A stretch of 63,913 nt of DNA, counting the filler, from Sluysia triapertura (taxonomy: Eukaryota): assembly GCA_046118255.1 (NCBI GenBank). It is 5 parts of 5 records of this genome, joined end to end, with 100 filler letters (N's around TTAATTAATTAA, not from the genome) between each part and the next. Parts side by side here need not be neighbours in the genome. Positions count along the whole stretch, not along the records: positions 1 to 13,965 come from JBJNIA010012427.1; 4 more parts are not named here. One strand, written 5' to 3'. Shown here one piece after another: positions 1 to 12,587 of this stretch. Position numbers and translations under genes: made by a program. The stretch's first letter is position 1. Each line of letters starts with the position of its first letter. The notes beneath the pieces were generated by a model. It had not been told where the DNA came from. It made no database searches and worked only from the letters and a program-made list of their open reading frames with translations.

Positions 1-74
1 CAGCCCCGTCTAACTTTTTCATTTTCAATATATTCAATTATACTACTTGGCACTTTATAGGCCTTTTACCCCAA
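1..74 (-). repeat. Second copy of the tRNA-associated repeat (tRNA 5' end plus upstream flank), cut by the window edge
   Basis: cagccccgtctaac...tggcactttataggccttttaccccaa aligns with 18519-18588 (cagccccgtctaac...tggcactttaggcctatttaccccaa). Confidence 0.75.
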
Positions 75-92
75 CAAACGTGTTAGTGAAAA

Positions 93-451
93 ATGTTACT
101 TTAATTAACTTTTTGGTGTATTACCTTTGAAACTTGTTATATTCTGATAAAATATAATTGTTAACACATTTCCGCACACTTTTTCTCATCATCCATTAAA
201 AACAAAAATTGGCGGCTGTAGCCGCACTTTGCGGTAACATGTTAAACAAAGTAGACAGCTTAACCTAGAGTTATTTTATTGTACTTTAATTTATGATCTT
301 TTATTATTCGAATAATTTATGATCTTTTATTTTTTAACTCTAAATTAAACTGTTTTTTTGTTTAACAATTGTATTTTATCAGGATATAACCATTTTCAAA
401 GGTAATGTACATACCCGATTTAAGGAAAAACAAAGTTAATTAAAGTTACAT
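93..451. mobile_element. Fold-back/MITE-like element with ~70-90 bp imperfect inverted arms
   Basis: 93-164 (atgttactttaattaacttt...attacctttgaaa...tgataaaatataattgttaa) is the reverse complement of 362-451. A related copy of 240-462 lies inverted at 6961-7180. Confidence 0.65.
161..245. mobile_element. Small piggyBac-like MITE bounded by TTAA
   Basis: TTAA-cacatttccgca ... tgcggtaacatg-TTAA imperfect terminal inverted repeats; internal palindrome gcggctgtagccgc. Confidence 0.5.
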
Positions 452-562
452 AGTACGAAATATGAAGTAGTTCGTAGTTCAAGTAATTTTCTTAGCAATG
501 ATCATTTAATTGATGATTCATGTTCCAAGTATAAATATTTTTATCCTAAAATTATCCACGTT

Positions 563-737
563 TCAAATTGGATCTCTCGCATCGGAGGTCCTGAAAGAAT
601 TATTACTGATCAGGCAACACTAGGTTGCGAACGACATCATACCACCAACAGTCTAATGGTATGATTGAAAGATTTCATCGCATTCTCAAGACTTCCTTTC
701 GCTCATTATCGATATAACAAACTGGGTAGATGTTATA
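563..737 (+). mobile_element. Ty3/Gypsy integrase relic
   Basis: Manual translation across frameshifts: SNWISRIGGPERIITDQ / TTSYHQQSNGMIERFHRILKTSF / NWVDVI, matching rve core motifs (W-I-x-R-F-G-x-P, TDQG, YHPQSNGxxERFHRxLK). Confidence 0.85.
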
Positions 738-807
738 GACAGTTATAAAATGTTATGGTATTAAATGTAATGTAATTACATTTAATTGTTAATAAATTTT
801 ATTAATT

Positions 808-2425
808 CTAAAAGTAAAACTTTATTAATTTTTTTACTATTTGATTAAAAGAAAAATTCGAAAAATAAAATCCAGAGTATTTAATTATTACTGTTTGCTT
901 AAAATTAAAATAGATTAAATAAGATTCAAGATATTTATTTGTTACTACATAAACTAAATTGATGAAATCGTTATTAAATGTTAATATGTTACATAAAATT
1001 GATGGTTGCATTATATCTTGGTATGCCACAAGCCATATATTGAAGAATGATCCTAATAAAAAGACAAATATCATTATAAACTAAAAATTAAAAAAAATGA
1101 TTTACCTCTAATTTCAATTTGTCATTTATAGTTAAATGTTCTTTGTGCTTAGTAAGACACATGCCAGGTTTAATTGAAGAATATGAAGTGCCTGAATTTG
1201 TTTGCAATGAAGATAATACATTGCAGATACGAACAAGGTTAACATTCGAATAACGACGCAATTCTGAGACGTTATGGGCATATGAGCAATGTCGACCATA
1301 TCTAAGACTTAGGCCTAGCTTTGTCGTACCATACATACATTGTCGGTTTTTAATGACATTGGTTGTAATTGTGTTTAACATCTTTATTGCATTCACGAAT
1401 GATTAGTTGATATTGTGCATTTGAAGAACGTTTTGCGAATTTATAGTATGAAATATGATGTAAATCATTGATGATAATTTTAGGTATACGAAATATTTGA
1501 TAGATACAATAATTTTTTGAGATAAACTGAAATGAGATACAGATATGATGTATTCGTTTTTATAACCATTTTTTAAAAACCCTTGATCATTTAAAATAAA
1601 TGTTTCATCACGACCATTTAATGTATTTATTTCTTCGATTCGATCCACATTTTTTGTTTGCTTCGTCTTTCGTTGTCATCATAAATTTCATTTAGAGTCT
1701 CGATTAAATTTTTACTTGTAAATAAATTATCATTTGCTAAAGAATACTCAGGTTTTAGTGATTTTATTCGTTTCATTAAATTCCAATGTTTTTGAGACGG
1801 CAATCTATCAATTCTTCAATTTGTTCTTTCAAGTCATCTAATAAACGTCAGACTTTTGGATTGATTCAAAAACTAATTTTTTATCTTCACTGTCAGTTTT
1901 GTTTGAGTCTGCTGACTTTTTTTAATACCATTAAATTAAAATTGTATAACAAATAGAAGCACAAAATTATTCAGATTTTAACTTTTCTATTTTAATAAAA
2001 TATTAAAATAAAATGAATAATAATAAAATTGAAAATAATACTAATAAAAGTAAATAAAACACAAAAATCTTTACACATTTAATTATTCATTTTAAAATTA
2101 ATTCTTTTTCTTAACATATTTCTTTATCTTTATCCTTGAAATAAAACTTCTTTTTTTAGAATAAAATTTGTTATTAATGTTCTTTGCACAGGTTTGATTC
2201 TTACTTTTTTATTTTTACACATAATTCTGTGTTATAATCATGAATCTGTGAAAGTATTTTCTGTCATGTATTTTTGCAGTTATTTACTTATTTATTGCTT
2301 GGATCATGTTGAGTAAGTACGTTTCTTGTAATTTCTAGTTCTTTTAATGTTTCAATTACTTTACAAGTCTTTAAACTATTGTATAATGTTAAGGTAGTTA
2401 AACTTGGAATTGTTAAATTTGACAT
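808..2425 (-). pseudogene. Run of decayed intronless ORFs, one with a degenerate CCCH zinc finger
   Basis: Co-oriented ORF fragments 1403-1648, 1088-1396, 808-1074 plus a stop-interrupted frame from 2425 (MSNLTIPSLTTL...). 1256-1351 reads KNRQCMYGTTKLGLSLRYGRHCSYAHNVSELR, like the C3H1 consensus K-x-x-x-C...YG-x-x-C-x-Y/F-AH-x-x-x-ELR with the second Cys lost. Confidence 0.45.
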
Positions 2426-3393
2426 GTGTTATAAAATGATTGTGGATGAAAATTTAAGCGTTGGAATAAAATGAATTTTAATAAAATGAGAAAAAGAAAT
2501 AAAATGGAGAAAATAGAAATTATAAGGGAGATTTGATGACGTTAAAAGTGTTAAGAGAAATTCCATTTGATTATTATTATTATTATTATTATGTTTAAAT
2601 TTAAATTACAATTTTAATGATTTTTGATGGAACAAATGGCTTAGCTGTCCGAACTATTTAAATCTGAAAATCCAAACGACAAAATCGATTCTCCTCTGTT
2701 AGGACAATATTTTAATGAACTCGACAAATCTCTTCGACATAATGAAAATTCTTATATCCACGTCCCAAAAAAGTATATCAATTAATTTTTTACTTTTAAT
2801 ACAAATATTAATTTTAATATTTTAGTTTTGTAAAAAGAAGTAGTGAAAATCCTCGCAATATTGAAACATTATTTAATCAGCACATTAAGACAACCTTAAA
2901 CATATTAATAAGTCACTTCGTTAATTTCGCATAAAATTATAGTCGAGAACACATACGTTGATAATATAAGCAATTTTGATAGCAAACATAAAATTGTGAC
3001 TGTGGATTGTATCTATCAAGTTTAAGAAAATATGAACGTAAATAATACAATATAAAAATATAAACAATACAAATAATTTTGTTAGAACTCATTTTATAAT
3101 AAAATTTGTCAAGGACTAATTTCTAATGATAATAATGATAATAATCAATGTAATAATAACAAAAATAATAATTATAACAATTAATAATAAGTAATTATAA
3201 TAATATTTCTAATAATATAAGTAACGCCCATATGAATTGAGATATTTTTTTTGTAAATGTGATACTTAGGAAGCGACGCCCACGCTGAGAAAAAAGTGCT
3301 GTAAATACGTAAATTTAGTACGTACAAATTATTCGAGTACACAAAATTATATTAACGGCCTCGAATAAATTTACTGGAATAATTTCTTAAACA

Positions 3394-3700
3394 AAAATCA
3401 TTCCGGCGAGACACTGACTGCATATTTGATCGGATATTATCGTGCGAAAATTTAATTAGGAAAAAAGATTACTGTGAACGACATCAAAAAGCACAAACAT
3501 TCATCCCACGCATGTTAAGCACTCGATTTGTGATTTAGACGCTTTGATACGATCGTAATAGAACCACCCTTCGGCTAGCAGCAGCCATTTGATAAAGAAA
3601 TCATCCATGGATAGTTCATTAGGAGATAGGAGCAAACATTTGACCATTTTTGTGTGCGAAACATAAGTTTATAATTGTTACGCTTATTGCTGTGGCTTTC
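3394..3700 (+). pseudogene. Possible decayed SAM-dependent (amino-)methyltransferase fragment
   Basis: One frame with stops: ...GKKITVNDIKKHKHSSHAC*ALDL*FRRFDTIVIEPPFG*...; resembles motif II (xxxDI) and the motif IV context FDxIxx(D/N)PPF. Confidence 0.3.
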
Positions 3701-5349
3701 CTTAAAAAAGAACATAACTAGCAAAATGAATGAGCTCTGAAGGTTAGTCCGACTAATTAGACACACTTTATATCTGAACGAAGACGTTTTAATTAGATTT
3801 TTCAAATGAAAGAAATTATCTTTTATCTATAGGATTAATGCTAATGTCACTGTGCAATGATTTAAATTGTTTTCTTCAAAAAGAAGTACTTATGATTACT
3901 ATGTGCAGTGAAGGTTATCTCTCTCACTAAAGTTAAATTTTTATAGTTTAAGTCAGCCTTTTTATGTTCTGACCAAAATAATGAAGATTTTAATGATACA
4001 ATTAAAATTCAAATATTTTATTAATTACATGTAAAAGTATGATAACAATATGTATAATAACAATAATGAATTTAACAACTTAAGCTTAATGCTTAGCTGT
4101 ATAAAATTTAGATTTTAATTAGGATTTTAACCTATCCAGTTGCGGTCTAGGATAAATAAAATGAGTTTACCTGTGTTTTAAAGAACCCTATTATATTAAA
4201 ATTAGGGTTATGCAAAACTTAATATTATAGAATTACTTCTGCATGGAATCCAAAAAATTGATCTTCTTATTTAGTATCCTTGTTTGAAAAATTCCTATAT
4301 TAATTGTGGTAAATAATTCCAAATTGTTACTGTTTAAATATTATATTCTACCACATTAATCGCCATATTGTTATTTATTTTAAATGAATGATTTAAAACA
4401 AATTGAAATTGAGATTTATTATTAATTTTACCGCAATTATTGCTTTCATTTTTAATTTTATTTTTATAATTGAAATAATATTAAATATTTTATAACATGA
4501 AATATACATTTTTAAATGTTCATAATTAAAAATATAAAACAATAAATAATATCAAAAATTAAATAATGTCATTAATATAAATCAAAATAATCATTAATGT
4601 AAAACGATTAAAGCGATTCAACATTATATTTGCTTAGGCAAGGTCTAAAATACACTCAAATTACCATTATCATTTTCGGTAATTTATAGATTTATAAACT
4701 TACTTAATAATGTTAATTTTAGCTAAAGATTTTTTATATTATTTGTTTTCATTTTGGCTCTTTTTTTGGAATTGTGTATAATAAAATATTCACAATTAAT
4801 TTAGTTATTCTTTGTGAAATTAACTGTGCTTTAATTCCTGTTGCCTTAAGCATCTATTAGTATATGAATTGAATTATCGTTGTTATAAGCAATTGATCAG
4901 TCTATGCGTTTTCTATAAAATGTTCGTATAAATATCGTTGCTTTAAGGAACTTATAAGAAAAACGGATGATAAATAAGAAGTTGTTTGTATAAAATAAAT
5001 AAAAATAAGTCTCAAAACATATGATTAAGATATAATTTAACCAGAAAATTACAGGAAATTAAAGTAAAGATTATTAAAAGTTACTTTAAGTTTATATTCT
5101 AGGCATCAGTTATTTTCATTTATTTTCAATTAGGGTAATAAGGTTATCAGTCATTCAGTAGAGGCGAACCTTTATTCCACTAATTTGTGTAAATGTCGGA
5201 ATATACTTTTAAAAAAAGCACTCGGAAATTATGTAAAAATTATAATATAAAATAAACATAAAATTACGAAAATTGTATTATATTTTTTACAACATATAAG
5301 ATCCATGAAAATTTAAAATGAATTAAGGTATTATTAAAAACTCAAGAAA

Positions 5350-6800
5350 ATATCTTAGTGAACATCTTTGCGCAGCGGGGTAAAGATCAGAAATTAGAAA
5401 TTGAAAGAAGACAGAAAAATTCATCTTTGGATTAAACTTGCGTGAAGAATTCTAAGAAACTGATTGTTTTTATTGCACCTGAAATGTTCTTCATATAAAT
5501 TATATTTAAGCTCTCATGTGACGAAAATAGAGATTGTGTAGTGAAAAACCCATAACCTAAAACTATAGTCCAGATGTACAGTTTATTGTTTGTGTAATTT
5601 GTTTTGATTCTTAAATAGACGATTGTTTAAATGAAAGTTTGATCGCTAGTGTTTTATGAATGGTGTTGTTATATTCTTTCCGTTATGGAGATAATTGTTT
5701 ATTACTCATCTTTAATTATACATCTTTATTGACTGTATGGGTAAGGCGTTTTGTGAGCGAAAATGTTTTTATTACTCGATTAGTTTGATTGTTTTGAATT
5801 CGTGAAATGGTTTATTGACTTTGTTAATATTTTTTGGTATTTTTATATTTGTTTTGAGTATTCGATTTTGTTAAGTGACGTGGCCAAGAAATTGCGTTTT
5901 CCTTTTTGTAAAGAAAACTTTTGAATTAAAGATCCGAGATTTGGTGTTTTGAAAACAATATTTTTGTTGAGTGGTTGAAGTAATTGTTCAAGTTTCGTCG
6001 AATGATTAATCGCTATTCTTGGAATTTTTTGTAAGTTAGTGTTGATTTTATGAGTACTTTCTTTTTTGTTTTGAGTTTAATTTTGAGTATTATTTTTTCT
6101 TTGATGTTTCGTAATGTTTGTTGGTTTCGAGCACTCGAAAGTTGAAATTGTTATTAAAATGATTTGGAGAATAGAATGGTCATTTATAAGAATGTTACTG
6201 TTTTACATATTAAGGTTGTTTTTTGTGACATTAACCTTTAGTGTACGAATGTTATACATATCTAATATTGATAAATTTTTTTATGAATGTAAAAATCGTC
6301 CCATAGATAGTAGGATAGTTCATAAAAGATAGTTTAAGCAGACACCCTTAAGTTTAAAAAACCTATTTCCAGCACACTTTGTAGTTTTTATAAATTCATA
6401 TATTAAAGATTATTGTGTTGAGAAGTGGAAGTGTTGTTGATTTTTACATTTTTATTCATTTTTTTTGAAGTTATTTGTACGAAATGAATGCTTTATGTTT
6501 GATGTTTTGGCTTATTAATTTTCTTGTGGCAGTTGTTGTTCATGACTATCCAGTTTAATTAAAGGATTCTGATATAATTGTTGATTGATTCTATGTACAA
6601 AGAGTTATTGTTGGCAGTAGGAATATTGATGTTAATAGGCTGGTCACTAATGATGTTCGGTGTTGGTCACGCGTGAGTATTGCGATAGGAAAAGAATGAA
6701 ATATGTTAATAGTATGTAAAGAAATAACAATAGGTTTTACATTTTCTATATGATATTTTGGTGATGTTTCTTTTATGTTTATAGTTTGATTTAGCATTGT
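5350..6800 (-). mobile_element. Heavily decayed Ty3/Gypsy pol (RT-RNase H) relic
   Basis: The minus strand gives KNLSILDMYN (FSxLDL-like) and FNSKVFFTKRKTQFLGHVT (LNxxKCxFxxxxVxFLGH) in the expected order. Strong strand skew, many stops. Confidence 0.5.
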
Positions 6801-6960
6801 TATTTTTGTTTAGTTCTAATTCGATAACTTTTTTATTATGATAATGCCTATCTGATTGTGTTTATACTAAGTTATTAAATTGTTAGATTTTCTGAAAAAT
6901 GAAATTTTATTATCATTAGTTTTTTATACTTGATTTTATTTAAATTATTACATTTATTAC

Positions 6961-7180
6961 GTATTTCGTACTACGTTATTTTAATTAACTTTTTGTTATA
7001 CCTAGACGTACCACTTGGTATATTATATTAACATCCTGATAAAATACAATTGGTAAAAATAAAAGACAGTTTAATTTAGAGTTAAAATATAAAAATTCTA
7101 AAAATTTTCTTACAACAAAAGATCATAAATTAAAACACAGTAAAATAATTCGAAATTAATCTGCCTTCTTTTGTTTAGCA
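6961..7180 (-). repeat. Dispersed repeat, inverted copy of 240-462
   Basis: gtatttcgtactac...ttaattaacttt...atcctgataaaatacaatt...cagtttaatttagagttaaaa...aaagatcataaattaaa matches the reverse complement of 240-462. Confidence 0.75.
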
Positions 7181-7184
7181 AGTG

Positions 7185-7690
7185 CATTTTATAAGGACAT
7201 TGCAGTGTCAAAGCTGCACACCTCGATTTCGCCAAACATAACTCATATGAACTTCACTGATACACATTTGATCCATCTCATAAATTCACCACATTTCATT
7301 CAAGTTATAAAATTCATATAATTGAATCACTAATATATAAAATCATATAAATAATTTACAAACTATATTAAGCTATTGTAAATGAATCGCCTTTTTCTTC
7401 CACTTCATCAGCACGCCAAAAAGTCTCTTATCGTCCATGTGGATATATTTATTACTATATGTTGTATCAGAACTTTTTTTTGTAAAACCTTTTTACTGAT
7501 TCGCAATTTTAAATTTGAAAACATTTTATAGCGTATGTCTATCAATACCAACGAATTTGATATAACTATTTGAATTTTTAACAATTATCTTTGGTTTTTA
7601 CAGATTTTTTGGTGCGTTTTGATGGATTTTAAATTTCAACTTGTCTTCATTATTTACACAAAAAATATGACTAATATTGAAAACCTTTTA
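7185..7690 (-). pseudogene. Decayed intronless ORF of unknown function, divergent from the CARD-like ORF
   Basis: Protein-like frame with sparse stops: NEDKLKFKIHQNAPKNL*KPKIIVKNSNSYIKFVGIDRHTL*...KIYPHGR*ETFWRADEVEEKGDSFTIA, then EMDQMCISEVHMSYVWRNRG in another frame. Confidence 0.3.
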
Positions 7691-7955
7691 GTAAACGATA
7701 CTTAAATGAAGTATAAGAACATAATTAAGCGTTGAAATTAACAATTTTTTCTATTTAAGTATTATGTAATGAAATTATTTTAAAATATGACGTAGTGTTT
7801 TGTTAGATATTTTTGCGAGTTTACTTATTAATGTATAAAGTATAGTATGTATTATAATTATATTTTGAAATTGTGCTTTAATATTATTTTAATTATATTT
7901 TTATGAATTTTTGAAATTGCTAAAAGGCTAAGTTTTTGAATTCAGCATTTTAAAT

Positions 7956-9099
7956 ATGTCGCTCGAATCAACAGTGATTGTCCCATGTGAGAACGCATTA
8001 CATAAAAACGATTTTTTGGAAACCTTTCGAGATCGCCTGATCGTATCGGAAATTCATATTTGTACATTATACTCCTTTTCTAACAATAAAGAAAGAGTAG
8101 TAAGTGATGTCATCAACATGAGTAATAGACGCAATGCTTTTTATGAGTTCTTCGGATTGTTAGATGAAGCTAAACCAGAATTAGTGGATCGTTTCCATAA
8201 AACTAAAGATAATTCAAAATACATGGCGTAAACGTTATTTATGTACTATGAATACTTCAATTATTATTATGCTAACTTGAACCGTAATGTATCCAAGGAA
8301 GTTGTTGAAGCTAAATAGGATTTGTTTGTTAGTGCACTGCGTTACGAACGACTAGAATATACTGAACTATTATTGATGTTTTGCGTAGTTTAAAAGAAAT
8401 TTTAACTAAAATAAAGTTTATAAATGATAAGATTACTAATTTAAATCTACAGGCAATTAAAACGGATAATATCGAAAGGAAGTTATCCATGAGTATTTTA
8501 AATGATGACGAAGATTACAATAATGTAGTTATATTAGATTATCGATTTTGAACTTTGAAATAAACAGTTTAAGTGCTTATATTGAAAGCCTTGAGTTTTT
8601 ATTAAGAAAAATCGTTTTAAACTAAAATTAGTTGTTTGTTCAGATGGAGCTGATTTTGGTTGTCGAACTTTTTTTGGTGATGAATTAAGAGTCGTTTGTG
8701 GTTCCATTAAACAAAAACTAAAACATGAATATTTTGTTTTTGTACTTCAGTGATCGATGAGGAAATGATGAAACGACTTTGTACGGATAATATATACTTA
8801 GAAATGAGTTATAAATGTGTTCATAAATTTGTACCTCTTGATGAGCTTTATAATTCGAATTATAACTTAATAAAATGATTTCTTTTCGATTCATCATTGA
8901 AGAATTTTACTTGTCCTCAGTTATCTTAGAAAACTCTAAACATTTTGAAAGTGGTGTCTTTGACGAAAAATCCGGAGAATTTGGACAAGACCCTTTGCCG
9001 TCTATGGGCTCAAATTGTTGTATAGAACATTTACAAAGTGTTCGTTATTTTTATATTAACTTTTTCTGTGTACGCTCAATATATGTCGACTTCAGTTAA
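7956..9099 (+). pseudogene. Decayed intronless gene with an N-terminal CARD/death-fold-like domain
   Basis: 7956-8231 (NDFLETFRDRLIVSEIHICTLYSFSNNKERVVSDVINMSNRRNAFYEFFGLLDEAKPELVDRF) follows the CARD helix pattern ending AFxxFxxxLxExxPxL. Protein-like frames continue through stops and frameshifts to ORF 8875-9099. Confidence 0.45.
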
Positions 9100-9289
9100 T
9101 TGATTTTATTTTTCTTTATTAATTCTACTAATAGTTTTTATTTTCTAAGTAAAATTGTAATAAAGTTTAACTTTACTCAAGTTGGTAAATTTAATAACTG
9201 TAAAATAATATTTATTTACAAACTTACAAAATATCTTAAAATCAATTATTAATTTTTAAAATCATTTACAAAAACAATTATTTTTTGAT

Positions 9290-9975
9290 TAGAAGCTTCT
9301 AGAATGTTCTAGAATATTTTAGAACATTCCATCGATTTTCATTGGATGATAACTAGTGTATAAATTAGCATCTTACAATGAAAATCTCTATTTTATCGTT
9401 GTCATATTGATATTTACAGTTATTTGGTAATTTCATTCAAGATAATTGTGAAATTAGTAAGCGTCACAATTACCAGTTATTCAGCGATCAATTGTGGAAT
9501 TTCCATCAGATTTTTGGTAAATTATATATTTGTTAAGTTAGATTTTAACTTTTGAAGTTAAAATCGTTAAATCAACTTAAAATTTATATTAATTTATAAA
9601 GTTTTTTAAGTCCCGATATATTTAGGGGTAAATTCTACTTAAACTTTATTAGAATCAGATTGAACGCTCTCGGAGCTTTAATCTTTAAAATTGATTCTTT
9701 TATTTTATTCTCATAATTTACTATTCTAAGCTTTTTGGAATTTTTGTATACTTTTTAATAAACGAATTAGTGTTTTGCATTATTTAATTATTAAATTATT
9801 GAATTAAAAAATTAAATTATTTAGTAGTTGTAATTTATCAGACAGAGACGTTATTTTTTAAGTGATCTTTAACTTATTAGTTACAGAAGTGCCAGCGATA
9901 CAGAGGACGGTTACTGTAACTGAACCCTGCTCAAAAAATATTTTGCCGTTGGTTAAGTGTTAGAAAAACTACAGC
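9290..9975 (+). mobile_element. LTR-like repeat family A, partial copy
   Basis: Shares agaacattc..tcgattttcattgg.tga..actagt, tcccgatatatt.agggg, cagaag.gcca and the terminus gaaaaac.acagca with 14140-14950. Confidence 0.7.
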
Positions 9976-12467
9976 ATATATAAGACAACACACAATAATA
10001 ATTTATTAGCAATCGATAAAGAAAAATTTCGTGAGTATTATTATTGCTGCAAACGAATTCGAAAACACTGTTCAGAATTTATCACTGGTAATCCAAAGAC
10101 AGCGAGATAATTCCCAGTCAAATATTAAAATATTCAATCTCGAAAAACACTACTTATTATTATATCTAATCATTGTCATCGAAGTAAGTGATATTTATTG
10201 GACTCAGTCCCAAAATCATAATATTGCATGAATTTCAAAATCTATTTTTATTAAATGTGTAACATATTTGATCAATAAATTAAACTAATTATAAAAATAT
10301 TCTTATTTTGTGTAAAATTCTTGATCAATAAACTAAAAGTACGAAGAAAAATTTTTAAAAAGATATTTTCATCTACTAATAATTTTATTATCATTGTATA
10401 AAGTGTTCGACAAATAAATTGTTCTTTTGTTTGATTTTCTTTGTTGTTAGAAATAGTGCTAGAAATAAGAAATAAGATTGATCTACATTGCAATTGAAAT
10501 AATCTTTGTTTTCACCGGCTAAAGTCGAGTTCGTGTTAAATAGAATAAAATTCGATCTTTAAACAAAATAAAGAAAACTTACTTGTGTTTCCATTCCAGG
10601 TTATCGGAGCGAGTATCCGAGCTTACACTTCTGGATAAAAAATAAATCTAAAACGTAAAGAATATTTATAAAAAAAGGCGATAAAGAGTCTATACGAAAT
10701 AAAATAAAGAGAATTTAACTTGCCATTGACGAATAATTTATATAAGTGAAAATATTTAAACAATTGTTAACGAGTAATAATTGAAGCAGCTTCAACTATT
10801 GTTGAAAAATGAGAATATATATTGGCAAAGTTAAGAATTTGTTAAAACACTTTAATAAGTTTGCATCAAAGAGTTTAATTGTTAGTTATAGTTAGAATAA
10901 AATGAATATATTTATAAAGAATTTAGGGTAGCAGTAAAAATTCATAAAGAAAGTTCCCTTAATACAATACATTAACTAAAAGCATAAATAGGATGTGTTG
11001 ATAAACAAAAGCATTTGAAGATACTTTAAGTTTTGTAAAGAACTGTTATTAAACCGGTACACAATAATTAAATATTGCAGAGCAATTTATAGGACCTTAA
11101 GTGCAATTCTCGTTATAAGTTAAACATTTTCATCTCATTTGTCTTTCCTAACATAACAGAATTAATATTAATTAAGCCTTATGGCCACAACAAATATAAC
11201 AGTTTCCTAAGGTAATATACCAAAAACTTAAAGTCAAAAAGTCACTTAGATTAACATTTTCTATAACAATCACCGACCTCAGGAAGGTACCGTTAGAATA
11301 ATTCATTGCAAATGATTCCGCCCTTATATTCAGTATATATTGTCGAATACTAGATAACACCACAAACACCAACTTCTACCTACAAGATAACTTGTAGCTG
11401 GCAGTGAACAGGTTAACAATTTGAATAGTAATTAGATTAATATTGTCTTTGATACTCACTTTATAATATCACGATTATAAAATTCATTTTGTGTTCAAAA
11501 ATGTTGCCATAAAATCAAATGAAAATATAAAGATGGGATCAGATAATTTTATTATTTCATAAAATAATAAAATTATAAAACGTAAATTATAGAAAAGATA
11601 CGATAGAATAAAATGAAAAAATTAAATGATTATATTAGTAAAAGCACTGTATAAAGTGGTGCTTTTGTTGATATTATTGTTAATTGAAGGTAAATATTAT
11701 TGCTATTCGGAGAGAAGTGGCTACTATTGCAATGCGAATATTGCTGTCGTAATATCTAAATACTGTAAATTTAGATATTAGTTTATAAAAATTTTAGATT
11801 TGAAGTTTACAAGTGAGCGTTTTGTTTTTTGTAGTAATCTTTATTGTTTCTATTAAAATTTCATTGGCCAATCCAACTGCATTTGTACTGGTGTTGTATT
11901 TTATTCAGCATTTACCTTAAAATTATGTTTTGTCGATCTCTAATGAAGAATAATTTTTGATGACCTAAACATGTCATTTAACAAAACAATTTTTTAATTT
12001 ATTATATATGTACCATGAACTTTGTCTTTGATGTATTATAATTTCAGTATAAACATTGAAATGATATAATTTATAAGTTAATGCTATAGACGTTTGTACT
12101 ATAATATAACTATAGACATTTAATATTATAACTAATTAAAATCTAAACCGGATCACAATAATTGTTTAGATTTGTAAAATGATTCTTAATTATTTAAATA
12201 TTCAAATGTCAAAAAATTACTTAAATCTCTCAATTTTTAAATTGTGTAAGCACAACCAAATCTGAAAAGATAACAAATAACAATTAAACAAAATTTTAAT
12301 AAAAATGTTATTAAATGTGCATATTAATCTTATTTCTATTATCATGTAAAATTCTGTTTTAATTATTTATTGATTCAAGTTTACTTTTTTGTATTTTTAA
12401 ATATAAAAAATTTAAAGTAAAAAAATCAAATTGAAAATTTAAAAAGTTGCTTTTAAACAAAAAATTA

Positions 12468-12587
12468 ATACACTAACTACTGTCTTATCCGTCAAAAACG
12501 GAACTATTGGAAAAAGGTAGCTTCATATTTTGCAAAAGTAAATTGGCGAATTCCAGAAAATGGCGGATAAGGGGTTAGTTAGTATAT
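12468..12587. mobile_element. ~120 bp MITE
   Basis: Terminal inverted repeats atacactaactactgtcttatccgtca / tggcggataaggggttagttagtatat. Confidence 0.65.

Noticed and set aside
10031-11420. Exon-like and ORF-like patches on the minus strand
   Set aside because: No consistent splice chain or recognisable domain.
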